Origin: an uncultured Eggerthellaceae bacterium
Lineage (GTDB): Bacteria; Actinomycetota; Coriobacteriia; Coriobacteriales; Eggerthellaceae
Assembly (NCBI GenBank): GCA_934648845.1
Contig: CAKUFS010000010.1
Coordinates: 327 to 64,326, forward strand
Reading direction: 5' to 3'
Length of the DNA stretch: 64,000 nucleotides
Made by a program: the position numbers and the translations under genes. Below, piece after piece: positions 18,911 through 26,837 of this stretch; positions within the stretch are counted from its first letter, which is position 1; the number at the start of each line of letters is the position of its first letter. The notes below the pieces were generated by a model. The model was not told where the DNA came from and did no database searches. It saw only the letters and a list, made by a program, of their open reading frames with translations.

Positions 18911-19032
18911 TGATAAAAATGGGGTACTTTTCTGTGGGTTTACCACAGCTTACTTTTTCACGACCTGGGGAAACACTGAAAAATCAGGAAAGCGAAGGCA
19001 AAAATCCACAGAAAAGTGGGTCGTTTTTATCA
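18911..19032 (+). mobile_element. MITE-like repeat family A, copy 3 (122 bp)
   Basis: It has the same element and orientation as copy 2. It is followed by two further partial CGTTTTT(A/G)TCA ends at about 19141 and about 19202. Confidence 0.75.
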
Positions 19033-19288
19033 TGGGGGAAATCGGACAGAGGACGAAAGGGGGCAATGCGAAGGAACGGACGGAAAGGTACCGTTGGATT
19101 GTCATCAAGAAAAGTAGGCGAAGGAACAGAGGGTAGGCATCGTTTTTATCACGAGAGAAGAAATCGGAAGGAAGCAGGCGAAGGGACAGAAGGACTGACA
19201 CCGTTTTTGTCATTAGGAATAGAAAAGAACGAAAAGAAGAAGTTGGTCTGATATTCTCAGGCAACAATCGGGTCGATAGAGGATCGGC

Positions 19289-19567
19289 TCAAGTCCAGGA
19301 TTGCGCTTGCTTCAGCTGCACGTCAAGAGCATCGTTTTCCAAGGCAGCGCGACCCATCACCGCACATGCCTTATCAAACCAAGGCTCTTCAACAGAGTTG
19401 TCACGGTAAACAACAAGACACGTTGGACGACAGATATCCTCCAGGCAATCGGAAAGCGCCGCAAGGTTTTCCCCGTAATAGGCGGGAAAACCCAGCTCAT
19501 GGCGAAGATACGCATGTAGCTGCTCAGCCGATTGGAAATCACGCTCGCGTATTGTCACCGTTTTCAT
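19289..19567 (-). CDS. Barstar-family ribonuclease inhibitor
   Basis: The start is set at ATG 19567. MKTVTIRERDFQSAEQLHAYLRHELGFPAYYGENLAALSDCL aligns by eye with barstar (…[26 protein letters not shown]). Confidence 0.85.
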   Translation of the reverse strand: MKTVTIRERDFQSAEQLHAYLRHELGFPAYYGENLAALSDCLEDICRPTCLVVYRDNSVEEPWFDKACAVMGRAALENDALDVQLKQAQSWT

Positions 19568-19748
19568 GGCCGAACCCTTCCCTTTCCTCTTCCCACAAAC
19601 ACATAATGGCTCACACCACGATATTGCATGCTTCCAGCACTTAATGCAAGGGGACAAACCTCCCCTTCCCTGCGCACACCACCCCATGAAAGCACAGAAG
19701 CACATCGGAGGCAACAAGGTCAGGTGACTAGGCGGGAGCAATGCGAAG

Positions 19749-20276
19749 CTAATAGAGCTGCGTAAACGACTGGTAATGGTCATCCGTGTAGAAAATCAAC
19801 CCGTCGCTTGAATAGCAGATGCGCTTTTCCCCGCGATACCCGCCTGCGTAATCGATATCGCACTCTTTCCACGTGCGTCCGCTTTTCTCGGGCAGCAAAC
19901 CGTCGTCGTTGTAAAACGTGCCGCCACCAATCGATTTGCCAGGACAAACGTCCCACAAGTTGCCTTTTTCGGCATCCCAACCGGCCTTTTTAGCTTTCGT
20001 CTTGGAAACGTAATTGACAGGCAGCTTTTGGTAAAGATGCAGATAGAGCGCCACATGGTCTTTGTCGGTGTAGGTGCCGTCTTCAAAAACGGAAACATCG
20101 CCCGACGAGCCGCCGACATCGGCCCCCGCTGCGGCCGCACCGCCGGTCGCACCCGCACCGCCGCCCGACGCCGCACCCGCACCACCCCAAAGAGCGCACC
20201 CGGGCAGCAGCACCAGACAAAACGCCAGTAAAAATGCCACAAGGGAAGACAGAAGCGTCTTCCCTTGCTGAAACAT
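19749..20276 (-). CDS. Barnase-family secreted ribonuclease, predicted lipoprotein
   Basis: The C-terminal domain ...LPVNYVSKTKAKKAGWDAEKGNLWDVCPGKSIGGGTFYNDDGLLPEKSGRTWKECDIDYAGGYRGEKRICYSSDGLIFYTDDHYQSFTQLY closely parallels barnase. The N-terminus MFQQGKTLLSSLVAFLLAFCLVLLPGCA is a signal plus lipobox, followed by a Gly/Ala linker. The start is set at ATG 20276. Confidence 0.85.
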   Translation of the reverse strand: MFQQGKTLLSSLVAFLLAFCLVLLPGCALWGGAGAASGGGAGATGGAAAAGADVGGSSGDVSVFEDGTYTDKDHVALYLHLYQKLPVNYVSKTKAKKAGWDAEKGNLWDVCPGKSIGGGTFYNDDGLLPEKSGRTWKECDIDYAGGYRGEKRICYSSDGLIFYTDDHYQSFTQLY

Positions 20277-20319
20277 CGTTTGCGGAAATGCGTTGAACGT
20301 ATGTCGCGTACGCGCCACG

Positions 20320-21762
20320 TTACTCGCTTTCCGCCGCAGCCGCATCGGCCTGAACCGGCTCCAGCGCCTTCTTCTTGCCATTATGCGACTTCGCACAGGT
20401 AGCCACCGCACCGGACATCGCAATCAATGCGATAACGTTCGGCAGAACCATGAGCTGGTTGAACATGTCCTGCATCTCCCAAACCAGATCGTTGGAAAGC
20501 AGCGAACCCAGGAACACGAAGAACACCGCCAGAACAGAGAACACGGGAAGCGCCTTCTTGCCAAACAGGTACACGAAATTAATCTTGGAGAACAAGTTCC
20601 AACCCAAGATGGTGCTGAAAGCGAAGAACAGCAGGCAGATAGCAACGAATGCATTGCCGAAGCCCGAACCGAACATCGTGCCGAACGCGTATTGAGCCAT
20701 GTTCGTCTTATTCAGGCCAGCCGCGGCAATAAAGTCGTACGCCTGCGTGTTGATGGCGCCGTCCTGAATGTAAACAGCAGAGATAACAACCAAAGCGGTC
20801 ATGGTAACCACAACGAACGTGTCAACGAAAACGCCAATGAAAGCAACAACGCCCTGCTCGTGCGGATCCTTAACGTTGGCCTGCGCGTGTGCATGAGGCG
20901 TAGAACCCATACCGGCTTCGTTGGAGAACAAGCCGCGCTTAGCACCCTGCGTCATTGCCGCAATAATGCCACCCACAGCACCGCCGAAATACGCCTCGGG
21001 GTTAAATGCGCTCTCGAAAATCAACGCAAATGTTGCAGGAATGGTGTCAAGACGCGTGCACAGAACAATCAAGCCGCCCACCAGGTAAATAACTGCCATC
21101 AGGGGAACCAGCTTCTCCGTAACGGATGCAATACGGGAAACACCGCCCACGAACACGAAGCCCGCAACAAGCGCGATGATAATACCCACAATCCAGGGAG
21201 CAATGCCGAACGCCGTAGAGCACGTAGAAGCGATAGAGTTCGACTGAACCATGCAGCCCATGAAGCCCAAGGACAAGATAATTGCCACGGCGAAGAAGGC
21301 CGCCAGGAACTTGCCCAAACCGCCCTTGAACGCGGTGCGGATGTAGTAGACCGGGCCACCATGGACCGCGCCATCTTCGTCAACCTTCTTGGTCATCTGC
21401 GCCAGAACAGCCTCGGCGTAGTTCGTGGCCATGCCCAAGAACGCGATAATCCACATCCAAAGGATAGCACCCGGGCCGCCCGTCAGGATTGCACCGCACG
21501 CACCAACGATGTTGCCCGTGCCTACCTGAGCGGCAATAGCGGTTGCCAGCGCCTGAAATGAGCTCATGCCGCTTTCTTGCTTGCCGCCGCGCAGCGAAAA
21601 GCCGCTGAACATGCGACGCCAGCCTTCGGCAAAGCAGCGAATCTGCACGAAACGCGTGCGGATGGTAAAGAACAGACCTGTTCCCACCAACAAAAAGAGC
21701 AAAACATAATTGGATAGATACCCGTTGATAGTTGTGACTACCCCGAGAGCAGCTGCCTCCAT
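20320..21762 (-). CDS. Alanine/glycine:cation symporter (AGCS family)
   Basis: 480-aa polytopic protein. The N-terminus ...INGYLSNYVLLFLLVGTGLFFTIRTRFVQIR is typical of AGCS. A glycine riboswitch lies upstream. Confidence 0.88.
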   Translation of the reverse strand: MEAAALGVVTTINGYLSNYVLLFLLVGTGLFFTIRTRFVQIRCFAEGWRRMFSGFSLRGGKQESGMSSFQALATAIAAQVGTGNIVGACGAILTGGPGAILWMWIIAFLGMATNYAEAVLAQMTKKVDEDGAVHGGPVYYIRTAFKGGLGKFLAAFFAVAIILSLGFMGCMVQSNSIASTCSTAFGIAPWIVGIIIALVAGFVFVGGVSRIASVTEKLVPLMAVIYLVGGLIVLCTRLDTIPATFALIFESAFNPEAYFGGAVGGIIAAMTQGAKRGLFSNEAGMGSTPHAHAQANVKDPHEQGVVAFIGVFVDTFVVVTMTALVVISAVYIQDGAINTQAYDFIAAAGLNKTNMAQYAFGTMFGSGFGNAFVAICLLFFAFSTILGWNLFSKINFVYLFGKKALPVFSVLAVFFVFLGSLLSNDLVWEMQDMFNQLMVLPNVIALIAMSGAVATCAKSHNGKKKALEPVQADAAAAESE

Positions 21763-21847
21763 AATCCCTTCTTTCTTTCTGCAGCGCTAACTGCGGTTTT
21801 AGTCTCTGAAGAGGGATAAAGCAGGCACCACGATGCCGCACAATCAA

Positions 21848-21965
21848 CCCCAGCTCTGTCCTTTAGCCTGAGAGATTCGGCGGCCAACCTGCGTGGGCGG
21901 CTCACCTTGCACCTTCGGCACTCATTCAAGAGTTCTCCAGAGCTTCCTCCGCACTCTGTTTCTCC
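21848..21965 (-). promoter_or_regulatory. Glycine riboswitch, single aptamer
   Basis: The minus strand reads GCTCTGGAGAACTCTTGAATGAGTGCCGAAGGTGCAAGGTGAGCCGCCCACGCAGGTTGGCCGCCGAATCTCTCAGGCTAAAGGACAGAGC. This carries the conserved CUCUGGAGA, GCCGAAGG.GCAA and AAUCUCUCAGGC.AAAGGACAGAG blocks of Rfam RF00504, closed by a GCTCTG/CAGAGC P1 stem. Confidence 0.85.
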
Positions 21966-22264
21966 GCCCGTTGCGGAAATCCAAAGCGTTTCATAGGAAG
22001 GTAATGAATAATACGAAGGTGGATTATGAGCATGTAACAATTCCAAAACAAGTGCGAAACAATTTGCTTGGGGGCGTGCGGTAGACTCCGCGCCGTAAAC
22101 GGTAAAAGTGCGCTTGTTGTGCGGTGGCGAAGCAGCTGCGACGCTGCCGAGCTCGACAGCCATGCAAGTTGCGGCGCTATCCGGCCACCGTTGCGGAGTG
22201 GGCAGCGGCACTGCCAGAAACCGTTGCAGAGCAGGCTACCGCATACCAGCCACCGCCGCAAACG

Positions 22265-22301
22265 GCAAAAAAAGCGCCTCCCCCGTACGGTAGAAGCGCT
22301 T
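22265..22301 (-). terminator. Probable terminator downstream of purL
   Basis: The minus strand reads AAAGCGCTTCTACCGTACGGGGGAGGCGCTTTTTTTG, a GC stem followed by a T7 tract. Confidence 0.45.
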
Positions 22302-22425
22302 TCTTGAAGTTGAAACAACACGCGGAACGCGCATGCGGCCTTCCCGTAATTTCTACGCGGCGCCTGCGGCAACCTGCGCTGCAGTCCACACGTCAACGCG
22401 ATGTCTGCGGTCTTCCCGCAATCCT

Positions 22426-25400
22426 TTACGCGAAGTACGCCACGCCACCCTCAATAAGCGGCTGGAAGTTATTGCCCGGCACGTTCTTGTACAGACCCGC
22501 GCCCGCACGCTCGGAGTGACCCATCTTGCCCAGCACACGACCATCGGGGCTCGTGATGCCTTCAATTGCCAGAACGGAGCCGTTGGGGTTCACGTTCCAA
22601 TCCATGGAAGGAACGCCCTGCTCATCAACGTACTGCGTGGCAATCTGGCCTGCCGCCTTCAGCTGCTCAAGCAGCTCGGGCAAAATCACGAAGCGACCTT
22701 CGCCGTGACTAATAGCAATGTTGTGGACGTCGCCCACCTGGCAGCGCGAAAGCCAGGGGCTCAAATTCGATGCCACGCGCGTGCGCACCAAACGGCTCTG
22801 GTGACGGCCGATCTCGTTGAACGTGAGCGTGGGGCACGCATCGTCCATGGGGCGGATGTCGCCATACGGCACCAAGCCCAGCTTCACGAGCGCTTGGAAG
22901 CCGTTGCAGATGCCCAACATCAGGCCGTCGCGGTTCTGCAGCAAGTCGCGCACTGCTTCGGTCACTTCCGGAGCGCGGAAGAACGCCGTGATGAACTTCG
23001 CGGAACCATCGGGCTCGTCGCCGCCGGAAAAACCGCCCGGCAGCATGACAATCTGGCTCTCGCGGATAAGCTGCGCCAGGCGCTGCGTGCTTTCGGCAAC
23101 AGCAGCAGGCGTCAAGTTGTTGACAACGAACGTCGTTGCGGCAGCACCCGCGCGCTCGAACGCATGCGCGGTGTCGTATTCGCAGTTCGTGCCCGGGAAC
23201 ACAGGGATAACCACGCGCGGCTGGGCAATCTTGCCAGAGAACACATGCGGAGCAGCAGCCGTGTAGCTAATGGCCTCAACAGCTTCGCCCGCCTTGCGAT
23301 ACGGATACACCGGCTCAAGCTTGCCTTCCCAGGCTTCCTGCAACTTGGTCAAGCACACGTGCGCGTCCCCCGCAGTGAGCACGTAATCGCTGGTCGTCGT
23401 GCCAATTTCTAGCACATGCATCTCGTTAGTAGGCGCCGGCAGAGAAGCACCCGGCGCCAGCTCCACCAGGAAGCTGCCATACGCGGGAACGAACAGTTTG
23501 TCAGCCGCGAAATCGCCCGTAAGCGCAACGCCCAATTGGTTGCCAACGCACATCTTGAACAGGGCTTCTGCCAGGCAGCCATAGCCTGCCGTGGACACGG
23601 CCAGCGCATCATGAGAAGCCGTAAGGGCTTCCACGGCATCAAGCGCTTCCTGCATACCCTGGACTTGTGGCATAACGCCATCTTCCTGGTACGCCGGCGC
23701 GATCAGCACCACGCGGTTTCCCGCAGCCTTGAACTCGGGAGAAATAATGCGATCCACGTTTCCGCAGGCCGTGGCAAAGCTGATAAGCGTAGGCGGTACA
23801 TCCAAGTCCTCAAAGCTGCCAGACATGGAGTCCTTGCCGCCAATGGAACCAACGCCCAGGTCAACCTGTGCCATGAGCGAGCCCAGAAGCGATGCCGTAG
23901 GTTTGCCCCAGCGCGCGGGATCTTCGCGCAGGCTGCCGAAGTATTCCTGGAACGTAAAGTATGCATCCTTGCGTGAGAAACCGGCCGCGATAAGCTTCGA
24001 GATGCTTTCCACAACGGCAATGTACGCGCCCACAAACTGGTTGCTCTCGGACAAATACGGGTTATAACCCCAGCTCATACCGCTGCACGTGGTGGTCTCG
24101 CCATCAACGGGAAGCTTTGCCACCATGGCCATGTTCGGCGTGAGTTGCGTTTTACCGCCAAACGGCATAAGCACCGTAGCCGCACCAATCGTGCTGTCGA
24201 AGCGCTCGGAAAGGCCCTTATTGGACGCCACGTTGATGTCGGTCAGAACGTCCGCCAGACGCTCTTCAAGCGAGGCGCCTTCCGTAGCGGTCCAGGCGGG
24301 AGCATATGCACCGCCCTGCTGCACGTGAACATCCATGCTCTTCGGTGCGCCGTTGCTGTTCAAGAACGCACGAGAAAGATCAACAATCGTATCGCTGTTC
24401 CAAGTCATACGCACGCGCGGCTCTTGCGTAACAACGGCAATCGGCGTGGCTTCCAGATTTTCCTCGTGCGCAAGCGCAATGAACGCGTCCACGTCTTCGG
24501 CGGCAAGCGCCACCGCCATGCGCTCTTGGCTCTCGGAAATGGCCAGCTCCGTGCCATCTAGGCCGTCGTATTTCTTCGTCACGCGATTCAGATCAATCTG
24601 CAGGCCGTCGGCCAGCTCGCCCACGGCAACGGAAACACCACCCGCGCCAAAGTCGTTGCAGCGCTTGACCATGCGGCACGCATCGCCACGACGGAACAAA
24701 CGCTGAATCTTACGTTCAACAGGCGCGTTGCCCTTCTGAACCTCGGCGCCGCACGTCTCAATGGAGCTCGCATCGTGCGCCTTCGAGGAACCCGTGGCGC
24801 CGCCGATGCCGTCGCGACCCGTGCGACCGCCCAAAAGGACAATGACATCCGTGGGAGCAGGCGTCTCGCGACGAACGTGGTCGGCGGGCGTGGCACCCAC
24901 AACCGCGCCCACCTCCATGTGCTTTGCCGCGTAACCGGGATGATACACTTCGCTGACCTGGCCCGTTGCCAAGCCAATCTGGTTGCCGTAGCTCGAATAA
25001 CCCGCAGCCGCCGTGGTTGCCAGCTTACGCTGCGGCAGCTTGCCAGGGATGGTTTCGGAAACTGGCACCAGCGGATCAGCGCACCCGGTCAAGCGCATGG
25101 CCTGGTACACGTAGCTGCGGCCCGAAAGCGGGTCGCGAATAGCGCCGCCCACGCACGTTGCCGCGCCGCCGAACGGCTCGATTTCAGTGGGGTGATTGTG
25201 CGTCTCGTTCTTGAAAAGGTAGAGCCAATCCTGCTCTTCCCCGTTCACGTCGCACTTGATCTTCACCGTGCAGGCGTTGATTTCTTCGGACTCGTCCAGA
25301 TTCTTCAGGATGCCCTTCGCCTTCAGGTACTTCGCGCCAATGGTGCCCATGTCCATAAGGCAAACGGGTTTCTCGTCGCGACCCAACTCATGGCGCATGG

Positions 25401-26160
25401 CAAGGTATTTCTCGAAGGCAGCAGCCACAGCAGCATCATCGATCACGGGATTCGTGAGTTCGGTGCCAAACGTAGTGTGGCGGCAGTGGTCGGACCAGTA
25501 CGTGTCAACAACCTTGACTTCAGTAATAGTGGGATTGCGCTTCTCAACCTCGCGGAAATGCTTCTGGAAGAACACGATGTCAGCCAGATCCATGGCTAAA
25601 CCGCGCTCTTTGATGAACGCCGCCAGCTGCTCTTCGGTCAGGTCAGTAAAGCCCTCTACCACTTCAACGGGCGCGGGCTCGGCAAACGTCATGGCCAGCG
25701 TAGCGGGCAGACCAAGCGATGCCTTGCGGCTCTCAACAGGATTGATAACGTAATGCTTCACGGCTTCGATATCCTGCTCGGAAAGCGCACCTTCCAGCAC
25801 GTACACTTTCGCATTGCGCACCAGCGGACGCTCACCCTGGCTGATAAGCTGGATGCACTCGCTTGCGCTATCGGCACGCTGATCGAACTGGCCCGGCAGC
25901 GCCTCAACGGCAAACAACGCACCCTGGGCGCCTTCGATCTGCGGAAGCTCAAACGACGCCGTGTCGGACTGAGGCTCGCTGAACACGGTGGGCACGCACT
26001 GGGCGAACAGCTCTTCGCTTAGCCCCTCCACATCGTAGCGATTGATGATGCGAACCTTTTCCAGACCCGCAATGCCTAAGATGTCACGTAGCTCGCTGGC
26101 AAGATGCTGCGATTCAACATCAAAGCCCGGCTTCTTTTCAACGTAGACGCGCTGAACCAT
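22426..26160 (-). CDS. purL: Phosphoribosylformylglycinamidine synthase, single-chain form
   Basis: About 1244 aa with an N-terminal PurS-like region, the FGAM synthetase core, and a C-terminal glutaminase (GICNGFQAL Cys nucleophile, SHGEGRF). The start is set at ATG 26160 (MVQRVYVEKKPGFDVE) after GAAGGGTGGA. The track start at 26556 reads through repeat C1. Confidence 0.93.
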   Translation of the reverse strand: MVQRVYVEKKPGFDVESQHLASELRDILGIAGLEKVRIINRYDVEGLSEELFAQCVPTVFSEPQSDTASFELPQIEGAQGALFAVEALPGQFDQRADSASECIQLISQGERPLVRNAKVYVLEGALSEQDIEAVKHYVINPVESRKASLGLPATLAMTFAEPAPVEVVEGFTDLTEEQLAAFIKERGLAMDLADIVFFQKHFREVEKRNPTITEVKVVDTYWSDHCRHTTFGTELTNPVIDDAAVAAAFEKYLAMRHELGRDEKPVCLMDMGTIGAKYLKAKGILKNLDESEEINACTVKIKCDVNGEEQDWLYLFKNETHNHPTEIEPFGGAATCVGGAIRDPLSGRSYVYQAMRLTGCADPLVPVSETIPGKLPQRKLATTAAAGYSSYGNQIGLATGQVSEVYHPGYAAKHMEVGAVVGATPADHVRRETPAPTDVIVLLGGRTGRDGIGGATGSSKAHDASSIETCGAEVQKGNAPVERKIQRLFRRGDACRMVKRCNDFGAGGVSVAVGELADGLQIDLNRVTKKYDGLDGTELAISESQERMAVALAAEDVDAFIALAHEENLEATPIAVVTQEPRVRMTWNSDTIVDLSRAFLNSNGAPKSMDVHVQQGGAYAPAWTATEGASLEERLADVLTDINVASNKGLSERFDSTIGAATVLMPFGGKTQLTPNMAMVAKLPVDGETTTCSGMSWGYNPYLSESNQFVGAYIAVVESISKLIAAGFSRKDAYFTFQEYFGSLREDPARWGKPTASLLGSLMAQVDLGVGSIGGKDSMSGSFEDLDVPPTLISFATACGNVDRIISPEFKAAGNRVVLIAPAYQEDGVMPQVQGMQEALDAVEALTASHDALAVSTAGYGCLAEALFKMCVGNQLGVALTGDFAADKLFVPAYGSFLVELAPGASLPAPTNEMHVLEIGTTTSDYVLTAGDAHVCLTKLQEAWEGKLEPVYPYRKAGEAVEAISYTAAAPHVFSGKIAQPRVVIPVFPGTNCEYDTAHAFERAGAAATTFVVNNLTPAAVAESTQRLAQLIRESQIVMLPGGFSGGDEPDGSAKFITAFFRAPEVTEAVRDLLQNRDGLMLGICNGFQALVKLGLVPYGDIRPMDDACPTLTFNEIGRHQSRLVRTRVASNLSPWLSRCQVGDVHNIAISHGEGRFVILPELLEQLKAAGQIATQYVDEQGVPSMDWNVNPNGSVLAIEGITSPDGRVLGKMGHSERAGAGLYKNVPGNNFQPLIEGGVAYFA

Positions 26161-26438
26161 GAAATCCACCCTTCGAATGTGCGCCAATGCGCACGCCTTT
26201 CGCTGTGCGCACGGGGCGCACGCTTCGCCAATACTTCCAAACGCTTCTTGTGTTTTGCCGATGCCGAAAAACGACATATAGATATACCTTTGCATGATAC
26301 CGCTTCTTGTCGCAAGCGCAGACGTGATGATGCCTAGGGGCAGAATTCTTTCACAGCAGACGGAGCGCAAGGGGAAGGAGAAGGGGCCGACGCCGGGAGT
26401 TAAGCCGAAGCTGACGAGCGCAAGACAGGAGCGCGGAT

Positions 26439-26539
26439 GCGAAGGGCTGAGCCGAACTGCGACGCTTTGGATAAGTTGAGCGAGCCGCAAGTGAGAGGAA
26501 GCATTATCCAAGCGGAGTCGTGAGGTGAATGCCCTTCGC
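26439..26539. repeat. Long-hairpin intergenic repeat family C, copy 1 (~100 bp)
   Basis: GCGAAGGGCTGAGCCGAACTGCGACGCTTTGGATAAGTTGAGCGAGCCGCAAG...GAAGCATTATCCAAGCGGAGTCGTGAGGTGAATGCCCTTCGC. The outer stems (GAAGGGC/GCCCTTC) and inner stems (TTGGATAA/TTATCCAA) are complementary. Copies also lie at 39761 and 62024. Confidence 0.7.
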
Positions 26540-26837
26540 GCCCTTGCGCTCCGCATCTATTCCCTTTCGCCGGCAGCCTCTTCCCCATCAGCCGCTTACC
26601 GCCGCCAAGCGCCGCTTGCGGCAGAGCAACCCCGCCATTTGTGGAGCTTTCCGAATCTTCGCAAGAAATTCCTTACACAAGACCAAGACAATCCCTAAAC
26701 TAACAGGGTTTGACCGTCGGGCAAGACGACCTGGTCAACCAACTTTCGCGAACTCTTTCGCAGTTTTTTCTCTTCGAAAAAACAATAACCATACCAATAG
26801 CAATTATATAGAGACGCACATTTGAAACGAGGTATTT

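Noticed and set aside
26161-26556. The track start of purL at 26556, which adds 132 N-terminal residues.
   Set aside because: The extension reads through repeat C1 and has no similarity to FGAM synthases. A canonical MVQRVYVEKKPGFD start with a good SD lies at 26160.
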